A stretch of DNA of 64,000 nt, taken from a phage. Location: assembly GCA_024614665.1 (NCBI GenBank), contig GCA_024614665.1_4861.1. The stretch is one strand, 5' to 3'. The first letter of the stretch is position 1. Each line of letters opens with the position of its first letter. Below are positions 1 through 10,120 of this stretch, one piece after another. A program made the translations under genes and the position numbers. Below the pieces are notes generated by a model. It did not search any database. It saw only the letters and a list, made by a program, of their open reading frames with translations, and was not told where the DNA came from.

Positions 1-426
1 CTTCACTGCGCGCATATCGATACGTTTCAGATAGTACGCCCAGTAATCCCGCGCGCCGATAGTTTCACGAGTACGGAAAGCGTACTGTTTACGTTGCTCA
101 TCAGATAAGTCATTATCCAATGTACGCAGTACCAATGGAACGCGCGAGAACATCCCTGACGTAATCGGGGATTTCGCGACAGGAACAACGTCTGCCACAA
201 CATCAGACTGATCAACAATGTGTCCGCGATTGCCTACGCACATGTATCCTAAATGCGGGCGTGTAGCGCCATCGGGCACTTTCGAGGTCATGAGTTTATA
301 AAACTCGTTCATCGTGGATTTCTGTGGGTACTGCACGTCAGCGCCTGTCAATAACGCGGTCGTAAGTCGCATCGCGTTAAGAGTCACTGTTGACAGTTTA
401 CCATCGTAAACTTTGGTGTTAGCCAT
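1..426 (-). CDS. hypothetical protein, 5' portion only (gene continues beyond window start)
   Basis: ATG at 426-424 on minus strand opens a frame with no stop down to position 1 (MANTKVYDGKLSTVTLNAMRL...); absent from ORF track because incomplete. Confidence 0.45.
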   Translation of the reverse strand, partial: MANTKVYDGKLSTVTLNAMRLTTALLTGADVQYPQKSTMNEFYKLMTSKVPDGATRPHLGYMCVGNRGHIVDQSDVVADVVPVAKSPITSGMFSRVPLVLRTLDNDLSDEQRKQYAFRTRETIGARDYWAYYLKRIDMRAVK

Positions 427-946
427 TTAAAAATTCTCCTGGGCGAAACCCGTCGAGTGCCCGTTTAGTTACCAGCTGCGCCAGCTTACGGGGAGTTGGG
501 TCAACAAAAGTAATCGCAATCGTGCCTTTGAAAGATAGATGGTGCGGGATTAAGCGCGCCTCATACGATTCCATTTCTGGGGTAATCGGTTCAACCATGA
601 TATCGTAGGTGTCGAGCTGGAGACCCAGCTCATCGACAATATACGGAACTAATTCATGGCTCCATTCCACCGCACCTTTCGGGACTTCAACCGTTACGTC
701 TTTAAGTAACTTGTTTAAGTCCGCACGAGTCAGGTAAAACTCTTGGGTGCCGTGTACTCCATTTACAAAGCGCGCCGCAACTTTAGACTCCACGCCTTTA
801 GCGCGTCGCTCTGCTTGGGTCAGCGGCCACACCCCACGTGGGTTAAACTCGTAGTTATTTTCACTATACGATAACTTAAAAACGTAATTGATTCTCTCAA
901 CCAGAATCTGTTTCGGGGTTTTTGATAAATCTATACGGTATCCCAT
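419..946 (-). CDS. hypothetical protein (175 aa)
   Basis: ORF track; ATG start at 946; 3' end overlaps start of next minus-strand gene by 8 nt. Confidence 0.55.
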   Translation of the reverse strand: MGYRIDLSKTPKQILVERINYVFKLSYSENNYEFNPRGVWPLTQAERRAKGVESKVAARFVNGVHGTQEFYLTRADLNKLLKDVTVEVPKGAVEWSHELVPYIVDELGLQLDTYDIMVEPITPEMESYEARLIPHHLSFKGTIAITFVDPTPRKLAQLVTKRALDGFRPGEFLNG

Positions 947-953
947 AAGTCAC

Positions 954-3137
954 TCACTTTGGTAATTGGTCTAGCCGGAAGCCATCCATGTCACGGTCGG
1001 CCACGCGCTCGGCAAGCGTCCACTCCTCAAATGACGTCCGCACACGGACAACGTCGATAGGCGGCTGTACCATATCGACCACAACATCCTGCTCGACCTT
1101 CACACGGATACCAGGGTAGACATTCATCCGCAACTTAATACGTTGCGGGATTGCCATTTCCTTTATCACGGGAGCGACAGGGATGGGCTTATCCGTCGTC
1201 ATGAATGAACTACGGCTCACACGCTGCACGTCTGTCAGAGGGTAAATGATATTTGTTGTATCGGCAGCCTCTGTGAGAATATCATCCAGAATCGGGATGA
1301 CTGGGTCGGTGACATCGTAGGTGTCAGAACCCATACGTGCGGCAAAATGGACAGTATACGACGAGAGTTTCGTCATTAACCGCACCATCGCGCGTTGTAT
1401 TTCAGCTTGTGAGACAGACGCACGTGTTTCCAGATTAGTGGCCACGTTTAGAGCGTCGGTGGCGATGTCCTGCCAGGTTTCCGCGGAGACTAACTCGTAA
1501 TCAAAACCAAACGTTTTAAAGAACTCGTCGTAATCGCGGTAAGGTAGGTCAAGATCGCACTTATAGTCACGGTAATGGTAGGTAAACAGCATTGTGCCGG
1601 CAGCACGGTCGGCTAGCTTGTGTCGATTATACGAGTAACGGTAACGACGACGCTTCTGCACCATGATTTCGCTAATTTCATCGTACAACTCATCTGCAGA
1701 CATCAAATTACCGATAACTTCATGATGCGTGTCCGTGTAATAGTTAATCAACGCATTAAAACGGCCGGGCCATGAACTTGGCAGATGCTGTTCCATCTCA
1801 TCAAAACCAACCCAGCGTTTGATTAGCACACCAAACACATTCCACACCGGGATTTTATCCAGTGCTACGCCAGAATAACCTTTGAAGCTCGCATACAAGA
1901 ACAGTGCCAGCAGCTCTTTTGAAGTGAGCTTTAGCGTGTCCCCGTTCGTTGGGTTAAGAATTTCGTGGTAAATGTTGTACTGTCCACGTGCCACGATATG
2001 CATCCACTCGTTGAACAAGCCATGCATAAATTCCCAACGTTCGATGGCCTCTGGGTCAATCGCCGTTACCTCAACTAACTTCGTTGGCAGGTTCGGATAC
2101 TGCGTCAAGCTCAAACGCCGATCGAGGTCTTCCTGATAGTCAGGTTCGTGCACTGGGTTATTGTACGCCAGATTGATTTCTTTCTGGATGATGTCAGTTG
2201 TGCTAACAATGTCCAGGTCACGGCCCGAGTCACGTTCAGTATAGTTAAGCGACGACTGGTAGCCGATCGGGAGTGGTGTCAGGTCATCGTCGCTGCCCGT
2301 CGTCGGGTCGTGAATCTGCTGGGCGACCTTATATCCAACAGCAGGCATACCCCAACCTGTCAGCAGGGTGTCAATCATCCAAGTAAAGATTTCTTCCTTA
2401 CCAGAGTTACGTTCCCAGTAACGGATATTGCGATACAGTGTGAATTTCTGCTTGAGGGTCAGGTACGGCATGAACTCGTGCAGTTCTTGGTGCGAAGCCA
2501 AGAACTCGGTCACGTAGTAGGAGTGCGTTTCGGTCGTAAACTGTAATCGTTTGCGGATGTACATGATAAGCCCCGGCCACACCGGGTACTGCTGCATGTA
2601 AAAGGCCAGTACGAAACAGTCGTTGTGAACTTTCCAGCCATCGGCCATGAAACGTACATGTGCCGCACGAATAAAGTTCTCAATATGTGTAATTAACGAC
2701 GTCTCCTGCGGTTCAACTAAAGCAGGATCGTAATACAAAATTGAGCAGTCATCGACACGTATCGCGTATGCAACATCAATCGGATTGAAAGTGCCGCGAA
2801 TGTATACTGCGTAGTCCGGATACTCGGCGATTAAGTCATCGATATACTCCGGGTTAGAACGATATACGTTTGAGGTCTTTTTATGACGGGAGAGGTTCTG
2901 CGTCGTTAACTCTATCTGCTCTTGCGTGTCGAGTGACGTAATGTATATCGGCTTGTCGATTGCATGTCGTTTACCTGCTAAGTGTAGGTAATACCGCCAC
3001 GTCTCACGGTTCTCGGAAACGAAACCGCCGTTTTTGGTTATTGCCAGGTTCATCTGTTGGGCGATGCTCTCTGATTTGACAATCAGGGATTTCGCTAACT
3101 GGATAGCCTGGTCACGAAAAATGTTAAATCTCTGCAT
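954..3137 (-). CDS. hypothetical protein (about 727 aa)
   Basis: Long ORF; track start at 3149 is a non-ATG codon, first ATG is 3137; head-to-head with plus gene starting 3149. Confidence 0.6.
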   Translation of the reverse strand: MQRFNIFRDQAIQLAKSLIVKSESIAQQMNLAITKNGGFVSENRETWRYYLHLAGKRHAIDKPIYITSLDTQEQIELTTQNLSRHKKTSNVYRSNPEYIDDLIAEYPDYAVYIRGTFNPIDVAYAIRVDDCSILYYDPALVEPQETSLITHIENFIRAAHVRFMADGWKVHNDCFVLAFYMQQYPVWPGLIMYIRKRLQFTTETHSYYVTEFLASHQELHEFMPYLTLKQKFTLYRNIRYWERNSGKEEIFTWMIDTLLTGWGMPAVGYKVAQQIHDPTTGSDDDLTPLPIGYQSSLNYTERDSGRDLDIVSTTDIIQKEINLAYNNPVHEPDYQEDLDRRLSLTQYPNLPTKLVEVTAIDPEAIERWEFMHGLFNEWMHIVARGQYNIYHEILNPTNGDTLKLTSKELLALFLYASFKGYSGVALDKIPVWNVFGVLIKRWVGFDEMEQHLPSSWPGRFNALINYYTDTHHEVIGNLMSADELYDEISEIMVQKRRRYRYSYNRHKLADRAAGTMLFTYHYRDYKCDLDLPYRDYDEFFKTFGFDYELVSAETWQDIATDALNVATNLETRASVSQAEIQRAMVRLMTKLSSYTVHFAARMGSDTYDVTDPVIPILDDILTEAADTTNIIYPLTDVQRVSRSSFMTTDKPIPVAPVIKEMAIPQRIKLRMNVYPGIRVKVEQDVVVDMVQPPIDVVRVRTSFEEWTLAERVADRDMDGFRLDQLPK

Positions 3138-3148
3138 CGGAGACCCCA

Positions 3149-5890
3149 ATGGAAGATATTAGTAAATTAACGGGCGACCCCGCGGTAGCTGCCATACTGC
3201 GTAAGTCCACGAGCCCGTCGGCTCAGCAGCAACGCGGTAAGCGTGAAGATGGCGGTGTTACACCAACCCGTACAGAACTCACAGGTATCGCGAGTAGCCG
3301 CATTCGCACCGTTAAAAATGCCGAACGTATCTTTGATGCGCTCCCTGAGTTAGAGGTCATTGTTACCATCGCGACCTCCTCGCTCCTGTCCACAAAAGAT
3401 TTGATTAACACCACGCTGATTTACGACAACGTGGCGGATATCCCGATCGACCTGCGTCAACAGTTGTTAGAACCCGTGCGTGATTTCCATGACCACACGC
3501 GCCAGTTGCCCAACAAACTGTATCAGTGGATTTACGATGCACTGAAATCCAAAGGTGCGAGCCCAGTGTTGCTGATTTCAGATACCGGATTCGATGAACT
3601 CTTCGGCTTAAAGCCGTCTGTTGCAACCGAATCACTGCGCCGGAGCCAATCTGACTTCTTTGAACGTCAGTTGGGTATTCTAGGCAAGATTGGCGGTGAG
3701 AACAAACCGAAGGTTGGTGTAGAAAGTATTCTGGGCCGTGCACGTGGCGCTGACAAGCCCACCAAGCCACAAACCATTAAACTTAACTTTGCATCAGCCC
3801 CTAACAGTCCGTTTAAAGCAGACGGTATGTTAGCTTCCCTGGATATCGTTATCACCGACAACCCGCGTATTACCCTGTTACCAGAGGCTTATCGCCGTGT
3901 GGCACAGGAGAATGCTCGTACCGGCCTGTTCGGGCAGTTAGAGCAGTACGCATATGAACAACCTTCTACACCGACAGGTGCGTCAGCGTATAACGCTGAC
4001 CAGTTCACCGACAGCGAACAAGAGAAGGCAAAACTCGGTTTAATCAACATTGGCGACCTCAACGAAGCGTACCAGAAAACGCCTGAGCAAAAGCTTTACG
4101 GCGAAGTACCGAAGATGAGTTTCTCCGATGCTAACAAAATCGAATACACGGAACGATTACTGCCAGCAGAGTCCACACTCCCGCTCGTTATCGGCGACGA
4201 TGTTCGTAACCCCATAGGTTATCTGGCCATCGTTGACGAAATGGGTAACTTCATTAACTCGCGCTCCACACTTTACGGTGATGCGAACTTCATGAACTAC
4301 CTGAACAACGACGGTATGGTGGATTCAACAATCAACCGTGCAAATCTGGGGATGGGCAACACAACCCGAATCACACCAGACATTGCTAACCGCTTAACAG
4401 CGCGTTATGGTGAGATTGCTGAAGATCAGCTGACAAAAGCGTTGGGTGAGGCGTTGGGGGGTGCTGAGATTAGCATGACGGTAACCGAAACGTTCAGCCG
4501 TATCATGTTAGCGCGCCATCTGGCAAAACGTCATACGCAGGTTATTTATATTCCTGCGGAAAACCTTTGCTACTTCGCCACGGACTTTGATGAAGATGGC
4601 ATCGGTGTATCTATTACCGAACGTTCGTTCGTTATCTCTACTGTCCGTATGGCACTGTTGTTCGCTACCATGAACTCTGCGGTGTTAAACTCTGCGCGTC
4701 ACATGCAGTACGACATTGAGTTGGCACCAGATGACATGAACGGTCAGAAAACAATTGACCAGTTGAAAACAGACATCATGAACTCCTATAACCGTCGTCA
4801 ACCGATGTGGGGGGACATGAACGACACCTGGGCAATGACGACAAACGCAGGTATTGCGTTCAACGTTATCGGTAACGACTACTACGGTAGTACCAAAGTG
4901 TCTGTGTCGGATACCACGCCGGATTATAAATATCCGGATAAGGATTTCGACGAAGGTCTGTTACGCCGTACTTGCCATATCGCTGGTGTTGACCCTGACC
5001 TGGTAATGACCCCGGAGAACATCGAATTCGCTTCACAGATTTTCTCTAAATCGTTGCTGGTCACGCAACAAGTTGTTAAGAAGCAAGAGATTCTCTCTAA
5101 GCCACTGACGCGTTATGTAGTCAATGGGATGTTGGCCTCCCCGTCGTTACAATCAGCGATGATTAAAATCATTGCAGAGTATATCAATGCTAACGGCAAT
5201 GGGATGACTACTGACCAGGTTACGAAAAAGGTCTCTGAGTATCTGGCTGCCTTCATCAACGGTATGAAAGTAACCTTACCACCACCAGACACCTCAGCAG
5301 CAGCTTCGCAGATGGAGTTGTTCGATAAACGTACTGAGTTCTTTGAGAAGCTGGCTGATCTGGTTGTAACGGATGACATTGCTGCGCAACTTCAGCAGGA
5401 AGGCATCTCGATGGACCCGAACGATCTGAAGACGATGATCAAATCCTTCTATACGCGCAACTGGCTGCGTAAACAAGGCATTGAAACCGACTTCTTCGAT
5501 CTGGTTTACGACGATAAATCTCGTCAAGACAACATTACCATGATGACTGATGAAGCGATGGCTGCTTCGAAGACGCTGATTCAACTGGCGAAACGCTTTA
5601 CAGGTCGTCTGGAAACGTTGGCGAAAAATGCTGACCTTGACCCTAACGAATCTGCTGGCGGATTCAGTGGTGGTTTTGATGCGGGCGGTGACACCGGTGG
5701 CGGTGAAGGAGATCTCGGTGGTGGGGGTGACGATGATTTAGACCTCGATCTCGATACGGATGACGGAACCGACGGGGATAGTACAGGGGAAACGACTGAG
5801 TCGACCGAAACCACGGATACAACCACCGAGGGAACGGAAGGCACAGAAGACGAAGGGACTACCGACGACAACCCAGACAACGTCCTCTAA
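3149..5890 (+). CDS. hypothetical protein (913 aa) with acidic Gly/Asp/Thr-rich C-terminal tail
   Basis: ATG with GGAGA about 9 nt upstream; ORF ends immediately before a canonical intrinsic terminator. Confidence 0.65.
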   Translation: MEDISKLTGDPAVAAILRKSTSPSAQQQRGKREDGGVTPTRTELTGIASSRIRTVKNAERIFDALPELEVIVTIATSSLLSTKDLINTTLIYDNVADIPIDLRQQLLEPVRDFHDHTRQLPNKLYQWIYDALKSKGASPVLLISDTGFDELFGLKPSVATESLRRSQSDFFERQLGILGKIGGENKPKVGVESILGRARGADKPTKPQTIKLNFASAPNSPFKADGMLASLDIVITDNPRITLLPEAYRRVAQENARTGLFGQLEQYAYEQPSTPTGASAYNADQFTDSEQEKAKLGLINIGDLNEAYQKTPEQKLYGEVPKMSFSDANKIEYTERLLPAESTLPLVIGDDVRNPIGYLAIVDEMGNFINSRSTLYGDANFMNYLNNDGMVDSTINRANLGMGNTTRITPDIANRLTARYGEIAEDQLTKALGEALGGAEISMTVTETFSRIMLARHLAKRHTQVIYIPAENLCYFATDFDEDGIGVSITERSFVISTVRMALLFATMNSAVLNSARHMQYDIELAPDDMNGQKTIDQLKTDIMNSYNRRQPMWGDMNDTWAMTTNAGIAFNVIGNDYYGSTKVSVSDTTPDYKYPDKDFDEGLLRRTCHIAGVDPDLVMTPENIEFASQIFSKSLLVTQQVVKKQEILSKPLTRYVVNGMLASPSLQSAMIKIIAEYINANGNGMTTDQVTKKVSEYLAAFINGMKVTLPPPDTSAAASQMELFDKRTEFFEKLADLVVTDDIAAQLQQEGISMDPNDLKTMIKSFYTRNWLRKQGIETDFFDLVYDDKSRQDNITMMTDEAMAASKTLIQLAKRFTGRLETLAKNADLDPNESAGGFSGGFDAGGDTGGGEGDLGGGGDDDLDLDLDTDDGTDGDSTGETTESTETTDTTTEGTEGTEDEGTTDDNPDNVL

Positions 5891-5955
5891 ACAAAAAAAA
5901 GAAAAAGAAATAAGGTTTACCTCTCCCTTCGGGGAGAGGTACCTTTTCTTTTTTT
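5891..5955. terminator. bidirectional intrinsic terminator
   Basis: A-tract (5891-5910), stem acctctccc/gggagaggt with TTCG loop (about 5918-5941), T-tract (5943-5955); between convergent genes. Confidence 0.7.
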
Positions 5956-6256
5956 AATCTTCTGTAGCAGCTTTAGGTTTATTAACCAGTTCGTCGAGCA
6001 TGATACCAATCGCCAGAGGGTCGTTCTGGAAAGGTTCTAGCTTTTCCAATACCTTTGTATCCTTTGCTGCTTTTAACGCCTTCAGGAGGCCTTTACGGGC
6101 GTTATAGAAGATTTGCCAGCGACGCCCATGACTGATCGCGGTTTTGGCTTTGTGGAAGTCGGCTAAGAAAGCTTCAGTCGCTTTGTTTTCAGGTAACTCA
6201 AAGCGAAAACGCACACTACGCTCAAAATCCATGTTGACAACAATGAACTTTACCAT
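5954..6256 (-). CDS. hypothetical protein (100 aa)
   Basis: ORF track; ATG 6256 with GAGGT RBS. Confidence 0.5.
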   Translation of the reverse strand: MVKFIVVNMDFERSVRFRFELPENKATEAFLADFHKAKTAISHGRRWQIFYNARKGLLKALKAAKDTKVLEKLEPFQNDPLAIGIMLDELVNKPKAATED

Positions 6257-6268
6257 GCTCGAACCTCA

Positions 6269-6287
6269 TTATAGAGCTACTCTATAA
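6269..6287. repeat. perfect inverted repeat TTATAGAG-cta-CTCTATAA
   Basis: 8-bp arms, 3-bp spacer, in the 34-bp gap upstream of gene 5954..6256; half-site recurs near 19081-19132. Confidence 0.5.
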
Positions 6288-6290
6288 TAA

Positions 6291-6557
6291 TTACGCCAGT
6301 GTAATGTGGTACTTATCAATGTCAGGGAATCGCTCTTTGATCATCCCGCAGAACATATCTAGCACCGGATCAGTTTTTGCGGCCTTCTCCATCTCAGGAA
6401 AAACGCTACGCAGTGGCACGCCAGGGTTCTGCCCTGCCGTTTTCTTAAGCTCTTCTTTATACTTTGCCAACAGAGATTTAACCCCAGCTGTCTTCGGGAA
6501 GCCACACCCTGCGACCCCATCGTTTTCAAAATAGATTACTGCTTCAACACTAGACAT
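6291..6557 (-). CDS. hypothetical protein (88 aa)
   Basis: ATG at 6557 preceded by AAGGAG; track ORF extends to 6575. Confidence 0.5.
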   Translation of the reverse strand: MSSVEAVIYFENDGVAGCGFPKTAGVKSLLAKYKEELKKTAGQNPGVPLRSVFPEMEKAAKTDPVLDMFCGMIKERFPDIDKYHITLA

Positions 6558-6571
6558 TTTAATACTCCTTT

Positions 6572-6615
6572 TCATGATAAAATAAAAAATAATAATAGGA
6601 GACCCGAAGGTCTCC
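6572..6615 (-). terminator. intrinsic terminator (minus strand)
   Basis: Stem ggagacc/ggtctcc with CGAA loop (UUCG in minus RNA), then A-tract on plus strand = U-tract in transcript; follows stop of gene 6623..8299. Confidence 0.6.
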
Positions 6616-6622
6616 GTATTAC

Positions 6623-8299
6623 TTAGTACAACACTGGTGCAGTTTTCTCACCATTGCTCAGAAGCAAGTAAGTGTGCTGCGGCAGCTGCATCAATACAAT
6701 TGCATGTGGCACGTTTTCCTGTACTGCTTCGTAGATAGACACAACCGGGTCTGCGGTATTGCCCAGAGACGCTACCGTAACTACGTCGTGTTTATCAACA
6801 GAATGGTACATGCCTGGAATCACGATGGTGAACTGGCTCTGAATCAGATTAACCACCTTGCCAGAATCGCTCAGCTTGATAGTCAGTTTGCGCAGAGAGT
6901 TTGCTACCATCAGGAACAGGTCACGGAACCAGTCTTCATATTCACTTACGCCGTTGTCGCCAGCGGTTGCTGTGAACAGATCTTTTACGAAGAAATCAAT
7001 ATCGCTGATTTTCCGTTCGAAATCGATAGCTTTGAACTTCGGCACATCTTTACCACGCTTAGTGCCCAGCGACAGCGCGTTGTGTACCAGGAAAGTGATA
7101 TTCGCCAGGTACGCATTAGCAAAGCGAGAAATTTCACTGATAACCACTTCTGCTTCGCTGCTGTTCGCAATCGCATATTCGTGCAGTTCTTTCGTGTTCT
7201 TACGCAGTTCATCGATCGTGCGTTTCACCTTAGCCATGATAGTTTCAACATCTTCTACCAACGCCAAGTTGTCGAGATCGGATTTCAGTGCGTCGTGCTT
7301 AGCAACGAATTGTTTCATGCGTTCGCACATGTCAGTGTTAACACCGACCAGATACGCGCGATAGCTATCCCGTGCACGCACAATCAGGTCAGCCCCGTCG
7401 TAGAAAACAACCTCTTCATTACCGTTAAAGATATCTTGCAACGGTGTAGCCCAATCACGCGTTTCCGCGTAAACAGATTGCTTAATGCGACTGTTAGCTT
7501 CCTTCGCTGGAATCGACATTTTAAGCTCGGGGGTTTTCAGCTCGTGAAGTGCGTAGTCTTCCATCAAATCAATCTCCTGCAGAATGTTGTTAATTGGGCC
7601 ATTGGTAGTGTCCTTCTCGGTTTCTTCTGTTGCGCCGAGTGGGGAAAGCACTGGGTTATTAACTGTAGCGTTAGACACCGGCATTGGTTGTACAGGCACC
7701 TGTGCTGGTTCAGGCTGGGGCTGTTGTGCTGTGGCTGGGACTACTTGCGCCGGTTGTGGGTTCAGGATAGGATCACTAACCAGGTTAAGACCTGCACCGC
7801 CAGCAATCACGGTTAGTGCCGCATCTGTGTTACCAATCTTAACACCGCCGGATGGCGCAGAAGACATGGTCAGGCCATCAGTAACACGGACACCGCCAGA
7901 ACTGTTACCGCCCAGTAACCCGCCTGCGTTGCTACCACCACCTAAACCACCACTGCCACCCAAACCGCCGGACTGCTGAGAACGAATTTCGGCAAGAATC
8001 TTACCGACTTGTTCCCAAGCATTAACCAGTTTGGTGTGACGATCGTCGTTATACGCGTCGCCCGCGTTATGCACCTGCTGATAGGCAGCTGCTTTATACG
8101 CGTCGACCGCATATGCGATAACCTGTGCTTCACTACCCCCTTTGGATGCTGCCCATGCCGCAACATACGTCGCAATCTTTAACGCCTGATCTGGCGGAAT
8201 GCTACGACTACGCATCACGTTATTCAACTGCGACAGTACCGCGTCCTGATCGAGGTGTTTAACGATGACGTTTTTGATTTGTTCAACAGTAATGCTCAT
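6623..8299 (-). CDS. hypothetical protein (558 aa) with internal Gly-rich and Pro/Gln-rich linker
   Basis: ORF track; ATG with GGAG RBS; low-complexity stretch SGGLGGSGGLGGGSNAGG. Confidence 0.6.
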   Translation of the reverse strand: MSITVEQIKNVIVKHLDQDAVLSQLNNVMRSRSIPPDQALKIATYVAAWAASKGGSEAQVIAYAVDAYKAAAYQQVHNAGDAYNDDRHTKLVNAWEQVGKILAEIRSQQSGGLGGSGGLGGGSNAGGLLGGNSSGGVRVTDGLTMSSAPSGGVKIGNTDAALTVIAGGAGLNLVSDPILNPQPAQVVPATAQQPQPEPAQVPVQPMPVSNATVNNPVLSPLGATEETEKDTTNGPINNILQEIDLMEDYALHELKTPELKMSIPAKEANSRIKQSVYAETRDWATPLQDIFNGNEEVVFYDGADLIVRARDSYRAYLVGVNTDMCERMKQFVAKHDALKSDLDNLALVEDVETIMAKVKRTIDELRKNTKELHEYAIANSSEAEVVISEISRFANAYLANITFLVHNALSLGTKRGKDVPKFKAIDFERKISDIDFFVKDLFTATAGDNGVSEYEDWFRDLFLMVANSLRKLTIKLSDSGKVVNLIQSQFTIVIPGMYHSVDKHDVVTVASLGNTADPVVSIYEAVQENVPHAIVLMQLPQHTYLLLSNGEKTAPVLY

Positions 8300-8330
8300 T
8301 GTAAATAATACTCCTTAAGAGATGTAATAA

Positions 8331-10109
8331 TTAGCGGCCGATTTTAGCAATGTCTTCTTCGGTCGGTCTGATGTACGGGTCCAGTTTAGGATTCCGCATC
8401 ATTACCAAACTTGGGTTGGTCTTCATGTACGGGTTGAGGATGTTTGCCTTAAACGGTGCCGACTTAGGAATATAGTAGACGTTACCGCATTCCAGATGCG
8501 ACGCGGATGCGTGCTTAGTACGGTCGTTCAAGTTAACGGTCTTGCCTCCTTTCTTCGAACGCTTAGCATCGGTTTCGGTTTGACCGATGGCGTGCGTAGA
8601 CACTGCCAATACCATTGATTCTGTAGAGGCATTGAAGAAACTGATACCGCCGTTGCTCGTAATGGTGCGCATCACCAGATTGAGCACGATCTGTTTGTTC
8701 AGTGCGTCTCGAATAGACTTCGCCGCTGTCTCTGGAGTCCGATGTTCCAACTGCCCCAGCTTCCAACGTATTTTCGAGATCGTTGTGGTAAAGCCACGTT
8801 GACCCAACAGTAGGTAATCGGTTACCGTGAGACGTTTTCCGTACATAGACGGAATATCATCTTGCTTGGTAAGTCGAGTGCGTACCATCAGCTGCGTGGT
8901 ATACCAGAGGAAATCAAACATATCCAAATCATCAGGGATGGACGGATCGTTTGCCATCAGCTCACCACGGAAGGTGCTGTTGACATAGCGTTCACATTCC
9001 TGGAAGTGGCTGTCCATACTGCGACTCAGTTCGATATCCGAAGGCTTCAGTCCGCGAATACTGCGGCCCAACACTTCACGCCAAGACGCTGCAGAGTTGA
9101 GGTTTGCAATATCTTCGTCCATTGCCATTTCATTAATCTGTGTAAACAGCCCCGGTAGTGTTGGTGCACGACCGTTCTTACTGTTCTGTTTACCTGCGTA
9201 GTAGTGCGCTGCTTTGAAGAACGCAGCAGTCGCTACCAGCAACAGATGTTCGTTTTGATCCCAACGCCCTGCATCGGTGTTAGGCATATCTTCACGTTTA
9301 ACCAACAATACGTACTGGATGGTCTTCGCGAGTTGTGGCTCACCAGATTGAATCACCACATACTTCGTTAAGTCCACATCACGCACTTTAATCGCTGGCC
9401 AAATCGCCACATCAACGCCCGCATAACGCTTCACGGCTTGTTTAAAGCCATAACGCCCAAAGAGCCAATACATCAGTGGCTTCTCATCTGTGTCGTGTCC
9501 AATCTGTCCAGTGGAGACAAACAGATTCGATGTACCCGGCAAGAACAGCTGCTCAGGGCGACCATTCACCAGAATCTTCGTTGGTTTCTTACAGAACTTG
9601 ATAGACACCTTGCGAGTGAAGTCAAAGTTAATAAAGATACCGCCGTGCTCACGACATATACCAGGTTGATGGATTACAGGTGCTACGTGGTACGTTGTAC
9701 CATAGTAGTTCATTAAGCCGCCACGACGAATAAACGGCAGGCTCATTGGTCGTTGCACCGGGCGAGGATCACCTGGAACTCGGAACGAGGCCATTACCAT
9801 ATACGTGTCAGTGGATGAGATGTTAATAATTGACCGGCCACGATTATTTCGTGAATTGTTATCCGACTTCGATAACTTAAAGATAAAAGCTTCAAACGGC
9901 GACATTTGGCGACAACCTAATACCGTTAACCCTTCTGGTAATTTCGGGTTATCGATTTCATCATACGTCAACTCACGACGTAGAATGGTTGCCACACGAT
10001 CATGTATCCCATCTTTAGCTTGTGTGTACCCAACTCCTTCTGCAATTGCACGATTAAAAGGCACTATTTCGCCTGCCTCTTTAATCTTCCTAATCGCATC
10101 TTTAAACAC
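8331..10109 (-). CDS. hypothetical protein (592 aa)
   Basis: Long uninterrupted ORF on the dominant coding strand. Confidence 0.6.
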   Translation of the reverse strand: MFKDAIRKIKEAGEIVPFNRAIAEGVGYTQAKDGIHDRVATILRRELTYDEIDNPKLPEGLTVLGCRQMSPFEAFIFKLSKSDNNSRNNRGRSIINISSTDTYMVMASFRVPGDPRPVQRPMSLPFIRRGGLMNYYGTTYHVAPVIHQPGICREHGGIFINFDFTRKVSIKFCKKPTKILVNGRPEQLFLPGTSNLFVSTGQIGHDTDEKPLMYWLFGRYGFKQAVKRYAGVDVAIWPAIKVRDVDLTKYVVIQSGEPQLAKTIQYVLLVKREDMPNTDAGRWDQNEHLLLVATAAFFKAAHYYAGKQNSKNGRAPTLPGLFTQINEMAMDEDIANLNSAASWREVLGRSIRGLKPSDIELSRSMDSHFQECERYVNSTFRGELMANDPSIPDDLDMFDFLWYTTQLMVRTRLTKQDDIPSMYGKRLTVTDYLLLGQRGFTTTISKIRWKLGQLEHRTPETAAKSIRDALNKQIVLNLVMRTITSNGGISFFNASTESMVLAVSTHAIGQTETDAKRSKKGGKTVNLNDRTKHASASHLECGNVYYIPKSAPFKANILNPYMKTNPSLVMMRNPKLDPYIRPTEEDIAKIGR

Positions 10110-10120
10110 ACCGGCCTCCC

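Noticed and set aside
6674-7816. 380-aa plus-strand ORF inside gene 6623..8299; also 27864..28481, 32086..32583, 47835..48290, 52007..52540 and 57272..57829 on the plus strand
   Set aside because: All lie wholly antisense to longer minus-strand genes, lack convincing start contexts, and have skewed composition; treated as shadow ORFs.
8331-10109. Terminase large subunit among the large unassigned ORFs (954..3149, 8331..10109, 14917..16479)
   Set aside because: No canonical Walker A (GxxxxGK[ST]) found in any of them; the only clear P-loop protein is the SF2 helicase.
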